This document shows, piece by piece, positions 19,701 to 27,550 of a DNA stretch of 33,721 nt. The notes below the pieces were generated by a model. The model searched no databases. It was not told where the DNA came from and saw only the letters and a list, made by a program, of their open reading frames with translations. Source of the stretch: a virus (lineage: Duplodnaviria; Caudoviricetes). The stretch's first letter is position 1. Every line of letters starts with the position of its first letter. The stretch spans positions 1-33,721 of IMG/VR virus record IMGVR_UViG_3300031811_000004. One strand, given 5' to 3'. The translations under genes and the position numbers were made by a program.

Positions 19701-22404
19701 GATAAAACGAGTCTATTATTGGCAGTTTCCAGCCGCTATAGATAGAAATCTCCAGAAATCACCTGCTATGCGACAGTTGAAAGAGACTATGAGCCCGTAT
19801 AGAGACCATTTAGGCAACACTATCATGGGTAAAGGTCTTATTCCAATGAGTCCTATAGGAGAAATACAGAACTTCTCATCAAAGAATATTGAACTATCTA
19901 TGCAACAGATTGATGAAGAGAAGAGTACTCTAAGGGACAAGCTGTCTCCCTACGTTGCTAGTATAGAAGAGGGTGACATATTACATGACCTAGCTATCGT
20001 AACAAGAGAACGTGGTATGAAGGACATATTGCACACTAACCCTAAAGAAAACCCAGTTCTACTTAATCACCACCAGATGATATACGAAAACAACTTCACT
20101 CAGATGAGACCACAGTATCAAGCTGTCAAGGATAAGATATATAGGATAGTTGTAGATGGGAATGTTGAGCTAAAAACTGGTCAGGACATTATACAGTCTA
20201 TTAATAAGATTTATACTACACAGAATGAAAAGATGCATTCACTACTTACTGGTCAGACAGATAAGATAGAAAAATGGTTAAGTCATGCTCGTGATGCAAA
20301 TGGAAAAGAAACTTGGGCTGGGTTAGATAAACTTCGTTGGAAGTGGACTACTTATATGAATGGCTTGATGCGTGATGGTAAGAGGATACCAATAGAGGAG
20401 CTTGGTATTGACGGTGTAAGGCAGGTAGCTAAAAGAATTATGGAAAGTTATACCCCAGAGAAGATGCGTACTCCAGAGAATCTTGCTAAGATGAGAGAGA
20501 GAATGAGGGTTAACGAAGAATGGGATGTAACTAAGAAGCTTCCATTTCAGTCCTATTTCCCACACATATCTTTTGATAGAAAGGTTGCTGATAAAAATCT
20601 AAATGCTGCAATAGAATATGTTATGAAGACTAGTGACCTGACTAAGGAAGAGAGAAACAGGGCGTTAGCTAAGCTTGTGACACATCACAAACAACTTACT
20701 GGAGATTTGATTGACACTACAATGGGTGAGAACTTCGATGCTATGCAAGAAGTCATGACTAACATGGCAACTGGTAAGAAGAAAAAGGCACAGAATATAT
20801 TATCAGGTAGTCTGAAGAAGGTAGGTAGTCAGTTCACTCGTAGTGCTCACATAGGTGGGTGGGACAGGACACCTGAAGCCTATGAAAATTACATGAAAAA
20901 TATTATAAAGACTTTCTATGACCAGACTATGCAGGTCGCTAATAGAACTACTATAAATGAATTCTATAAAAACTTTACCAAAGGTGGTAAGAACCAAGAG
21001 TTAGGAAGCAAATGGGTGAACTTCTTTAAGCTGTATGCTCAAGGAGCAATGGGCTATCCAGTTCATATACCTGAGAAGGTTATGAATGACCCTGCTATGA
21101 AGATAAAGAAGACACCATACAAATGGTTTGCTGACAGCCAGACTAAGAAGCGAATTGATAACATACGGAAAAAACTGGGCGTCGCACGAAAGACGTTAAA
21201 GAAATGGAAGCTTGATGATGAAACTATAGATGAGTTAGCCGGAGTTGAATACGGACAACTTAATTCTTGGTCTGCGCTGGAAGCAAAATACGAGCTAGCC
21301 GCTTTGCTTGCTCACCCTAAGAGTATGATAGCTAACCTATATGGTGGTACTGCACATACTGTAATGAGTACTGGAGTAGGTAACTGGAGAAATGCTAGGA
21401 ACTTTGAATACTTAAAGACCCACGTTAATCCAGAGTGGAAAGGTATGCAAGATGTACAGAAGTGGTTACAGAAGCTTGGTATAACTGAAGAGTTCCTTAT
21501 CTATGAAGCTGGTCTTAACCCTAATATTAAGTCGAAGCGATACCAGAGCTTTGTAAAGGAAGTTACAGCTAAGCTTAAAAAAGACCCTAACATGGCAGAC
21601 ACTACTCTATTAGAGTTGAAACGTAAGTATAAACTTACTGATACTATGTGGAATTTTGCGGCAAGCTTCATGCGTATCCCTGAAAGAACATTGAGACGTG
21701 ATGCATTTATGTCTCATTATCTACAGGCTAGAGAGAAATTTGGTAATGCAATTAAAGATTATGACCATCCGTTCTTAATAGAGATGGCTAAAAGGGGTGT
21801 AAAAGCTACCCAGTTCTTATACTCCGCACCACACAGACCGATGTGGACGAACAGCGCCTTGGGTAGGGTGTTCAGTAGATTCCAGTTATGGAGCTGGAAC
21901 AGTGTGCGTTTTAGAAACGATACGATTAGAGAAGCGAAGCTACACGGCTATCAGCCGGGTACTGAATCGTTTGACAGACTTAAAAGAACAGCTCAAGCAG
22001 ATATGTTTATGTTAGGTATGTCTAACCTCTTCTTATATAGTTTATTTGAAAACGCACTTCCAGCTCCTTGGAATTGGTTTCAAGATACCGCTGATTGGTT
22101 ATTGGGTGACGATAAAGCAAGAGAACGTGCGTTCTACGGCTCTCCTTTCGGCCCATTACAAATGATAACACCACCAGTATTGCGGTTGTTACCGCCAATG
22201 TTTAAAGGAATGATTAACGATGATTGGTCTAAGTTAACTGATTACTACCTTTGGACTATGATGCCATTCGGAAGAATGATAAGAGATGTTGCTGGGCCCG
22301 GCGGTGCTATAGAGAACCCATATTATGCAGTAACTAAGTTAACTGGTCTACCAATACTAGAACTAGGAGAGCTATTTAGAGGAGAAGACGATGAAGCCGA
22401 GTGA
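13744..22404 (+). CDS. Giant virion protein with single-chain two-barrel (DPBB) RNA polymerase domain, putative virion RNAP
   Basis: GGADLDGDKA at nt 17452-17481 (D1240/D1242/D1244), preceded by LRVP (R1201). Upstream TDGG (D821), GKY (K872) and ESALK. This is the motif order of QDE-1/crAss gp66-type polymerases. The C-terminus resembles helical ejection proteins. Confidence 0.8.
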   Translation: MASVPPKEWEPSFDQGAIREAIGKYTLNPEMFDDEQVKELETHASHYRVPFARSAQDQEAFLTKVITNLGKGFIEGFTTIPTEKMGGEHPTDTVEGISRNLGHLAGFVGYVPGARWIPALRVLRGRSIPMAGATAVQKRLGKVFKPAMQEAGPWAQKFAKGTVLSDMAGGAFHLGTASAISSWTEGIDAMVESAGFGATFGAVFRGIGNMPGFGKRLSATQLNQTSGAPVLSKLSGGQKLDLSLRTLAGSMFQGLPSSMQGATTEEQVYAYLMGAFFGFKETPLSTRTSREFLHKFMKDKEGDLPEDHPEFKNYTPEMQEIIKNDFQYWFGPEETRSLAFKLAKEGGITMEDLEVEAKKLGVEVAEDPVTQEMFLAPTKSMLEELKARRIGEGASEDQHDIDMHAHYEDFRTKGASVYGFVEREASPAWVDGKPADVKKLQVSLEVWEKWKSLHKTKKGDIERPVPGASEEMVRFFSQKYGVNFTKEQAGWWRAFSEQNRKKERVRHLTMVDGQPEYLPVHGINKAGNQKKIWFEPPLIQRMFEKMLNLPQEQLKPFYTMYEHLIVDGKEMNLSEARDTYFEAAKKRIQKQAADRSEKIMGDELKEMAERAADRQVATQLSRLIDFADKENYYYIGGKGDNKRMYFVQYHPKMRGDIKSLNARIKELKRAYARAPKEVRMQPAEFDKAMAIGLKNFKNYMYFEGKGGGTDAALRYKKAFVSNMMYDLTWNGVDVPMDKPLDMRAILKDGYLNASRTPAKAYNKRAQIWFNTGLTANQNYIKNLVKDTIDGRAFRYIAFKDAKNPAEVPVGLQAQLNTEATDGGPMARRDVIDALNTDKGLPTSGGTNKSFIVSSPDIKLMEGEKGLGAVLGKYMFHTPSKAIEEWMHQEKIHMIFPESALKQVGGRKVIPFNVWNSTAEVNIAEYGYRLPIHNIRTIMSEITSNKSIKSQRMPKQMFSTLSLFGYRDIDGATAKDMITSLMGRTSRGVPEVNGFLKEYKSTLDPVLENKLIERLDELSVTSLLDIMRDPEHSAFAQKAYKKILRLNQEVVSEMVEEGEYSRQEAMEEAKVNMEFQGVLDRLTNLYPEGNVGAYLHKWMKGYRMVAMRNYIVNSMSKPKIANAASARMRPIDAGMREEIKNMDDKTFFLGDSHGDKYLEDPILQNGGGKLKDIYYEWKEGKKGAYRDHQEEVAQIMEAVVLRVPMDSPSGAHVLKFGGFTGIKDYGIITHGRTMRALGGADLDGDKAHILYGGEGGLKPEWKEMYRAQRNEYIKGEKGSEVEMHNKNEIDPQNGMTYRQQLIMNDPEVMKQAEAPQTYYDPYWRYFMSEGAHTGRDSLKRAVVGRSKIIGAYNAIRATEKPQTWWMTLKVENKKGDLEDVSVRARITQDAYYVPYVFNKRTVKMAVFRVKKGEEDLERFRNMARTATALGSDPMDEAGLIPPAEMTKKMLDSLFSYEIHNYDTKTHGNFKNEGLTAETDGKHNIRFRGLHSSFGDINNLLYGHNWNTGRRHSYADIAKGMYKLDFLPENSRNTFLPQLAEQLKGLNWSDNIFRRVDFDVLEKMYLENNEAVQGKEWLRDILNRKSIGTPWAVLVGEVRKRKLWDADVRKRYVDDNELWKEIYKISYATNKDGEKLFTLGNPNLPSEVWNIYGQKPDNLNFRKAWLDAVAYKAEDFVINDLSDMTTIKRLTDIVEKGNFLPSRVAEIHSLTEFVKNQHAMRSKQRKEIPVDVQETIYDDKSYGDARSAKTDQLGIDSIVRRHKGNMNAGEKELYDTLLLGTFQKSNLNKIAELQQLDNPSKDQELMLGHLEKAANNTSLVQVGLSSSAVSDVSVKKFFDEYDKLWKKAFEKPSKEDVELIDGVFHKKKKTKLLGDDGKIVEGSIIEESDLDIGTRKYLDEIHPFVGLHKGKVKDPELKEAYYEIKDALKNMHNSDAMNLNFLFRTITGKNLNKANKMDILDFSRYLKHLNTPSFWRRSWDFMTGKSDEIKRVYYWQFPAAIDRNLQKSPAMRQLKETMSPYRDHLGNTIMGKGLIPMSPIGEIQNFSSKNIELSMQQIDEEKSTLRDKLSPYVASIEEGDILHDLAIVTRERGMKDILHTNPKENPVLLNHHQMIYENNFTQMRPQYQAVKDKIYRIVVDGNVELKTGQDIIQSINKIYTTQNEKMHSLLTGQTDKIEKWLSHARDANGKETWAGLDKLRWKWTTYMNGLMRDGKRIPIEELGIDGVRQVAKRIMESYTPEKMRTPENLAKMRERMRVNEEWDVTKKLPFQSYFPHISFDRKVADKNLNAAIEYVMKTSDLTKEERNRALAKLVTHHKQLTGDLIDTTMGENFDAMQEVMTNMATGKKKKAQNILSGSLKKVGSQFTRSAHIGGWDRTPEAYENYMKNIIKTFYDQTMQVANRTTINEFYKNFTKGGKNQELGSKWVNFFKLYAQGAMGYPVHIPEKVMNDPAMKIKKTPYKWFADSQTKKRIDNIRKKLGVARKTLKKWKLDDETIDELAGVEYGQLNSWSALEAKYELAALLAHPKSMIANLYGGTAHTVMSTGVGNWRNARNFEYLKTHVNPEWKGMQDVQKWLQKLGITEEFLIYEAGLNPNIKSKRYQSFVKEVTAKLKKDPNMADTTLLELKRKYKLTDTMWNFAASFMRIPERTLRRDAFMSHYLQAREKFGNAIKDYDHPFLIEMAKRGVKATQFLYSAPHRPMWTNSALGRVFSRFQLWSWNSVRFRNDTIREAKLHGYQPGTESFDRLKRTAQADMFMLGMSNLFLYSLFENALPAPWNWFQDTADWLLGDDKARERAFYGSPFGPLQMITPPVLRLLPPMFKGMINDDWSKLTDYYLWTMMPFGRMIRDVAGPGGAIENPYYAVTKLTGLPILELGELFRGEDDEAE

Positions 22405-22555
22405 AGAAGGAGCCCCTTGGGTTAGAAACGAGGATGGTTCATATCAATCACCTAATGAAGATAAAAAAGAACCTAAGGTTGTTGCATGGGACAGCAATAC
22501 TGTCAGCAGTAACCGTATTGGTTCATTAAATAAGTTACCGAGCGATGGCGGTTAG
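22391..22555 (+). CDS. Small hypothetical protein (54 aa; not in ORF track)
   Basis: SD GGAG at 22381, ATG at 22391; MKPSEEGAPWVRNEDGSYQSP...LPSDGG. Overlaps both neighbours and fills the gap. Confidence 0.55.
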   Translation: MKPSEEGAPWVRNEDGSYQSPNEDKKEPKVVAWDSNTVSSNRIGSLNKLPSDGG

Positions 22556-24158
22556 AGGAGTAGGAACACTAATAGGCATGGCCTTAGGGTCTCAGGTATC
22601 TGACGAAGAGAACTTTGAAGATGACTTGAGAAATGCTGGCGTTGGTGGCATAGCAGGTATGTTACCTATGAAAGCGGCTGAGAAGTTTATGGGTGAGTCT
22701 GGCCTAAGGATGAGAAATATGTCTGAAGGTGCTTACAGTATGGAACCCATGAGTCCTAGAAACCAAGCTGAACGTATTGCTCAGAAGTACAAGGGTAATT
22801 TAGGAACAAGTGTTGTTCGTAATTTTACTACTACTGTTAAGGGTGAGCAACTAGATGAACTAGCCGCAGTTTTACCTAAACACCTTGATGCTGATGGTGT
22901 AGTGAATAAGTTTGACCAATATAGGTCTGGTCAGGGTATGATGAACGCTACCCCAGAAGAATTAAGATTAAAAGTTATATCAGAACAGGCTGGTACTAGG
23001 AATAAAAGAGTTAGGTCTATTATAGATGATATTGATACTACACTTGAAGGAAAAGGCTTATCACCGGGCAGAAGGCTTCAACTTGCTCAAAGAGCTAGGC
23101 GATTAACTGGTCAACTAGAGAGAAGTGGTGAGTTTGGTCGCAAATATCGCCATGAAATAGCCAAAAATGAGATTCAAGCACTGTCTTGGGGACGTAAATG
23201 GGACGTTGGAAGGCTTAGAGAAGCTGGTTTTGACTATAAAGGGCTGTATAAGTGGGGTGATATTAAAGGTTATCTACCTAATGAAGCTGTAGTTGGTTGG
23301 GAAACAGACGCTAATAAGGTATCTAAGTGGTGGGGTGGCAAGATGCTATCTGATAGGTCTACTATACCAGTAGCTTTTCATACTCATAGAGGTGATAGGT
23401 TGCTTATGTCTAAACAACTTAGTAGAAATAATACTTGGGCAAAAAGAATATCTTATGGACTAGCTAGTGGTCGACTTGCTCCAAATATGGAGAGTTTAAC
23501 GTCACGTTTAGTCCAAGAATTTACTCAAGACCCAAGGTTCTTCATTGATATGAGAGAAAAAGATGCAGGTTTAACTATTAAAGCCCTAGCCGAGAGAACT
23601 GCTAAATATATAGAGAAAAGTGGTGGACTAAGAAAAGATAGTCTTGGTAGATTCAACACACCCTCAGTTGCAAGAAACTTAGGGATAACAAAGCAATATT
23701 TGCTAGGTGGAGTCAGTTCAGTTGGAGAATACAGGCCATTCATGGATAAGGGACAGTTAAAGGTAGCCGCTAGAGTTATGGTGTCTGACTTTCAAGACTT
23801 ACCCGGTTCACAACAATTAGGTGTTCAAAAAAGACCACCTCTTATTTTAAATGATTACCATTCTACTTGGACTCCTGATAAAGGAAACAAGTACTATACT
23901 ACCGCCGCCAATCCTTTTAAAGGACACTCATTCGGCATGCTAGATGACAAAAGATTGAGAGGTCGTACTGAAATTAGTTTAGCACGACAGAAGGGGCGAG
24001 TAGCCGCTGGGAAGCAAGCAGTAAAGGAAGTGATTAAAAGTCCCGTCAGTGCCCTAAAATACGGCTTAAAAGGGCATAGACTACTCAAGCTTGGGGCTGT
24101 AGCCGCCGCTGTAGCAGGTTCGGCCTATCCTTTATACGCTTCCAGTGAAAACGACTAG
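22545..24158 (+). CDS. Hypothetical protein, possibly virion/ejected
   Basis: 537-aa basic protein with Gly/Ala hydrophobic segments at both termini; no catalytic motif recognised. Confidence 0.6.
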   Translation: MAVRGVGTLIGMALGSQVSDEENFEDDLRNAGVGGIAGMLPMKAAEKFMGESGLRMRNMSEGAYSMEPMSPRNQAERIAQKYKGNLGTSVVRNFTTTVKGEQLDELAAVLPKHLDADGVVNKFDQYRSGQGMMNATPEELRLKVISEQAGTRNKRVRSIIDDIDTTLEGKGLSPGRRLQLAQRARRLTGQLERSGEFGRKYRHEIAKNEIQALSWGRKWDVGRLREAGFDYKGLYKWGDIKGYLPNEAVVGWETDANKVSKWWGGKMLSDRSTIPVAFHTHRGDRLLMSKQLSRNNTWAKRISYGLASGRLAPNMESLTSRLVQEFTQDPRFFIDMREKDAGLTIKALAERTAKYIEKSGGLRKDSLGRFNTPSVARNLGITKQYLLGGVSSVGEYRPFMDKGQLKVAARVMVSDFQDLPGSQQLGVQKRPPLILNDYHSTWTPDKGNKYYTTAANPFKGHSFGMLDDKRLRGRTEISLARQKGRVAAGKQAVKEVIKSPVSALKYGLKGHRLLKLGAVAAAVAGSAYPLYASSEND

Positions 24159-24724
24159 TGCAAGAAGTTAAAATAAAACAGGAAGGCGAATCCTTCATAA
24201 GTGGTTGGAAAATAAATCTTTCTGTTTGTGATGATGTATTATCTGAAATTTTTAGACTATTTGATGAGTCTTCTAATTATGATAAGGTAAGGGGTTACCA
24301 TCGGATAACAAGTGGTGCAATGAGAAAGAGTGTAAGGAAAAAGTATCTACAGCAAGTAGATTATTGTTTCTCACATTATAGAGAGAAGTTCAACTGGGTA
24401 GACCATTCTGGAGATTGGTTCAGAACGGAGCCCTTCAATTTACAAAGATTTGACCCATTAAACGCCTATTCTCCACGGCACTTAGAGGACGGTGGCCCTG
24501 TAGAAGGTAAGCTTATGCGTAAACTGACATGGTGTACCTATCTAAACACCATAAAAAATGGTGGCGAAACTGAATGGCAGTACCAAAAAGTGACCTATCA
24601 GCCCGTTAAGGGAGATACTATTATATTTCCTGCGTATTGGACACACCCTCACTGGGGATTACCAGCTATTACGGAAACAAAGTATATCGCAACAGGATGG
24701 GCTAGTTACAAGCATCGAGCGTAA
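24158..24724 (+). CDS. 2OG-Fe(II) oxygenase (prolyl-4-hydroxylase-like)
   Basis: HLE (HxE) ... RKLTWCTYLN....GGETEW ... KGDTIIFPAYWTHPHWG ... KYIATGW. Confidence 0.88.
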   Translation: MQEVKIKQEGESFISGWKINLSVCDDVLSEIFRLFDESSNYDKVRGYHRITSGAMRKSVRKKYLQQVDYCFSHYREKFNWVDHSGDWFRTEPFNLQRFDPLNAYSPRHLEDGGPVEGKLMRKLTWCTYLNTIKNGGETEWQYQKVTYQPVKGDTIIFPAYWTHPHWGLPAITETKYIATGWASYKHRA

Positions 24725-24875
24725 AACAATACCTAGAGATTTCTTTCCTGCAGACTTTAGTGTTGGATATAGAGGTACGTTTGATTCAAACAATGCTCAA
24801 TTTAGGCTAAGAGTACTAAATATTATTAAGCATTGGGATTGGCCTGTAAGATTTGAGTTTGGGAGAACTGGTCAT

Positions 24876-25655
24876 GTGACTATTTGCATGTCTAACGCTC
24901 ACCATACACCAATTAAGGCTAAACCGTATATCTATGATTTAGCTAGTTGGAATGGTGAAGAGATGAACAATGAGGTCGGTGGTATTACTGATGGGGCATA
25001 TTGTATTTCAGCATCGACTCAAGAGAATATAGACATCTTTAGGGAAGAAGGTAAGAATAGACCAGCTAATAGAAGGATATTTTGTATAGAAGATATGTAT
25101 GAGAACCAAGAGCATCCTCCTAATATGGGAAGTGATGGCGTTATGTGGTATGGTCATCATGTGCATCAACATAGTTTCTATAAGCATTATAGAAGAGGGA
25201 TGAAAGTCATGTCTAAGAACCCTACCAGAAAAATGATTGATATTATGGGTGATGATTTTAGACGTAATTACAGATGGTTTAACTTAGTAGCAGAAGAAAA
25301 GCTGTTCAGAGAGAGCTCAGTTGTAGTAATTACTGCTTCTGAAAAGCATAGAGTGTCTAACAATAGGGTTGTTAAAGCTATAATGGCTGGCAAGTTTGTC
25401 GTGACACCTAATGTAGAGATGAAGTCTTGGCAGAAGTTTAAAGACTATATCTGGATGGGTGATGTTGACGATGGTATAAAGTGGGCTTTAGAGAACAAAC
25501 CTGCGGCTTTGTTTATGATTAAGAGGGGGCAGGATTACATAAGACCGATATATAGCCCACGAGTGATTGCTAAACAGTGGAAAGAAATGATTAAGTGGAC
25601 TTGGGTATCATGGAAACGTCAGCAAATTGAAAAATCATGGAATAAGGGTCGTTAG
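24876..25655 (+). CDS. Putative glycosyltransferase (GT-B fold C-terminal domain)
   Basis: SNNRVVKAIMAGKFVVT ... GQDYIRPIYSPRVIAKQW matches the GT-B donor-binding half. The frame is open upstream to 24594, and the likely start is ATA 24729. Confidence 0.65.
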   Translation: MTICMSNAHHTPIKAKPYIYDLASWNGEEMNNEVGGITDGAYCISASTQENIDIFREEGKNRPANRRIFCIEDMYENQEHPPNMGSDGVMWYGHHVHQHSFYKHYRRGMKVMSKNPTRKMIDIMGDDFRRNYRWFNLVAEEKLFRESSVVVITASEKHRVSNNRVVKAIMAGKFVVTPNVEMKSWQKFKDYIWMGDVDDGIKWALENKPAALFMIKRGQDYIRPIYSPRVIAKQWKEMIKWTWVSWKRQQIEKSWNKGR

Positions 25656-26494
25656 TGCCTCATCTATTTACTCATATCGCTAAAGTAGGTATTCATGGAA
25701 AAGAATTAAAGTTTTTCTGTGAGTCTCCTGAAGAAAACGATATTAAGAGGGATGACATCTTTGATGGACTCTTAACGTGGAGAGCATTGTCTATGTTAAA
25801 GAAAGAGCCAGAGACCATCAAGTGGCTTGACAGTATGGAAAAGGGAGATGTATTATGGGATATTGGTGCTTGTGTAGGGGGATACAGCATCTATACAGCA
25901 GTTATAAAGCGTTGTAGGGTCATTGCTTTTGAACCTTTTTATGAAAACTTCTACATCTTAGAAAAGAATATAGAATTGAATAAGGTACAAGATATAGTTC
26001 TTGCATACCCAATGGCTGTTGGTGAATCTAATAATTATCATATGTTAGGTATACGTAATGGTGCTCAAGGTTGTAGTGGGAATGGTGCTATGTCAAGTCC
26101 TAGTGAAACGAGAGACCCAAAGAATTTTAGAAGAATCACTGGCTGTGTTATGGATAGTATGGATAATATGGTGGATAAAGGTATGCCTTACCCTACTCAT
26201 ATAAAGATAGATGTTGACGGTATTGAACCAGAGATAATAAATGGTGGCTTAAAGAAGGTGATACCACAGTGTAAGTCTATATTAGTTGAACTTGAAGCAT
26301 TTTTAGGAGACCAGCTACCCATTAGAAAGAAAGTACGGGAAGGTCATAAGAAGGTTATAGACATTCTACTTAGTATGGGATTTAAGATTGATGCAGAGTT
26401 ATATGAAATATCTGCTAGGACTAACGATGATTTAGGACACTATAGTGGTGATTTTGTCGGTATGAGAAATGTTGTTTTTAGCCGATTCATTTAA
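25655..26494 (+). CDS. FkbM family SAM-dependent methyltransferase
   Basis: WDIGACVGGYS (motif I), AFEP...N...L..NI.LN, HIKIDVDGIE. Confidence 0.9.
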   Translation: MPHLFTHIAKVGIHGKELKFFCESPEENDIKRDDIFDGLLTWRALSMLKKEPETIKWLDSMEKGDVLWDIGACVGGYSIYTAVIKRCRVIAFEPFYENFYILEKNIELNKVQDIVLAYPMAVGESNNYHMLGIRNGAQGCSGNGAMSSPSETRDPKNFRRITGCVMDSMDNMVDKGMPYPTHIKIDVDGIEPEIINGGLKKVIPQCKSILVELEAFLGDQLPIRKKVREGHKKVIDILLSMGFKIDAELYEISARTNDDLGHYSGDFVGMRNVVFSRFI

Positions 26495-26514
26495 TGCTTA
26501 ATCTTTTTTAAAGT

Positions 26515-26535
26515 AAAAAGGGGTGTTACCCCCTT
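26515..26535 (-). terminator. Intrinsic terminator closing the minus-strand operon at the convergence point
   Basis: The minus strand reads AAGGGG-GTAACA-CCCCTT-TTT: a G/C stem followed by a T-tract, right at the last minus-strand stop codon. Confidence 0.65.
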
Positions 26536-26743
26536 AGTACCCAGTATTTAAAGAAGGAGTGACTATATGATTAAAGTAATCACATCCTTTTGACACGATA
26601 CAATCTTTACCTGCTAATTCTTCGTCTATCCACATATGCATAGCTTTGCCCTTTTTGTCGTATCGAAGCATACACCCTAAACACTTACCAGAGTTCCAGT
26701 TAGCGCAATAACCTTGCGCATTACTCAAAGCTCGATTCGTCAT
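26534..26743 (-). CDS. Small Cys-rich hypothetical protein
   Basis: YCANW...CLGC...DC.....CDYF; SD GGAGG upstream. Confidence 0.65.
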   Translation of the reverse strand: MTNRALSNAQGYCANWNSGKCLGCMLRYDKKGKAMHMWIDEELAGKDCIVSKGCDYFNHIVTPSLNTGY

Positions 26744-26945
26744 AGAACCTCCATCTTACTTGGTAATAGTTTTCGTCGTTTAGCCTACCAGTTTCTAAGA
26801 AATGGTATGCTTGTTCTAGGGCACTTGGGGGAACAGGAGTGGGTGAAGGAGCTTCTTCACTATATTGGTTGGTAGCTGTGAGTTTCCCGTTCCCCCGAGA
26901 TTTTATTTCAAGAGTTTGCCTTCGTCTTCGTCTGTCCATTTGCAA
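26721..26945 (-). CDS. Hypothetical protein
   Basis: Fills the gap in the operon; start uncertain (possible ATA at 26906). Confidence 0.45.
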   Translation of the reverse strand: MQMDRRRRRQTLEIKSRGNGKLTATNQYSEEAPSPTPVPPSALEQAYHFLETGRLNDENYYQVRWRFYDESSFE

Positions 26946-27307
26946 GCTGACTTTATATTCTGTATCAATGTATCAATCTTTGTACAATAATCTAACTGAT
27001 TCTCTTCGTATTGTTTAGTATAAAGCGTGTGCAATCCACTGAGTAACATCGTTACCGTTTCCGGCTCGGCTTGAAACCCAGATTGGTTGACTTTAGGTTC
27101 GTCACGTTTCTCTTTCAATTCAATAAGAGTAGCAGAGAGATATGTTGATAGGTCTATGGCTTCTTCAATAGATTCTTTCAAGTTATCTCTTCCTCCTTCT
27201 CCTTTGACAGGTATATCACCTCCGTACCGCTTCTGGCCCAATTCGAGCCTTTGGCGGATTAGAGCTAAAACCTTATCGTTACTCGTTATCTTCAGCGTGT
27301 TCGCCAC
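26903..27307 (-). CDS. Hypothetical protein, possible all-alpha (MazG-like) nucleotide pyrophosphohydrolase
   Basis: R...G.KRYG ... D.LKESIEEAIDLSTYL contains an acidic EExxD helix motif. Confidence 0.45.
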   Translation of the reverse strand: MANTLKITSNDKVLALIRQRLELGQKRYGGDIPVKGEGGRDNLKESIEEAIDLSTYLSATLIELKEKRDEPKVNQSGFQAEPETVTMLLSGLHTLYTKQYEENQLDYCTKIDTLIQNIKSACKWTDEDEGKLLK

Positions 27308-27549
27308 ACCCGGATTCCATAGTTGTCATTTTCTGTCCTTCGTCTCGTCGTGAATTTTCTGTCGAGTTTCTTCGCAAATCTAGCTACCGCTTGATTCACT
27401 AGTGTGTGCTTGAATTTATATTCAGGCACGAATACTGACTGCCCGACATTTAGTTCTGTTAAGAACATGTACTTAGAACGGTATGTTCCAGTATGTCTGG
27501 TGTCAATAGGTGGGATAGGCATCCCAGTGTCAAATTGCCAGTTACTCAT
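27292..27549 (-). CDS. Small basic phage protein, putative DNA-binding
   Basis: PIP...RSKY.F..L.VGQS.FVP...KFTTR......GIRVWR pattern common in phage early genes; SD AGGAGG upstream. Confidence 0.6.
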   Translation of the reverse strand: MSNWQFDTGMPIPPIDTRHTGTYRSKYMFLTELNVGQSVFVPEYKFKHTLVNQAVARFAKKLDRKFTTRRRTENDNYGIRVWRTR

Positions 27550-27550
27550 A

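Noticed and set aside
13744-22404. N4-type (T7-like single-subunit) virion RNAP, or an intein-containing protein
   Set aside because: The motifs seen are the two-barrel DxDGD type. I did not recognise T7-like motifs, intein splice motifs or LAGLIDADG motifs.
4589-25890. Short minus-strand ORFs inside long plus-strand genes, plus nested ORFs 3032-3214 and 16451-16648
   Set aside because: They are shadow ORFs fully overlapping well-supported genes, with no recognisable motifs.
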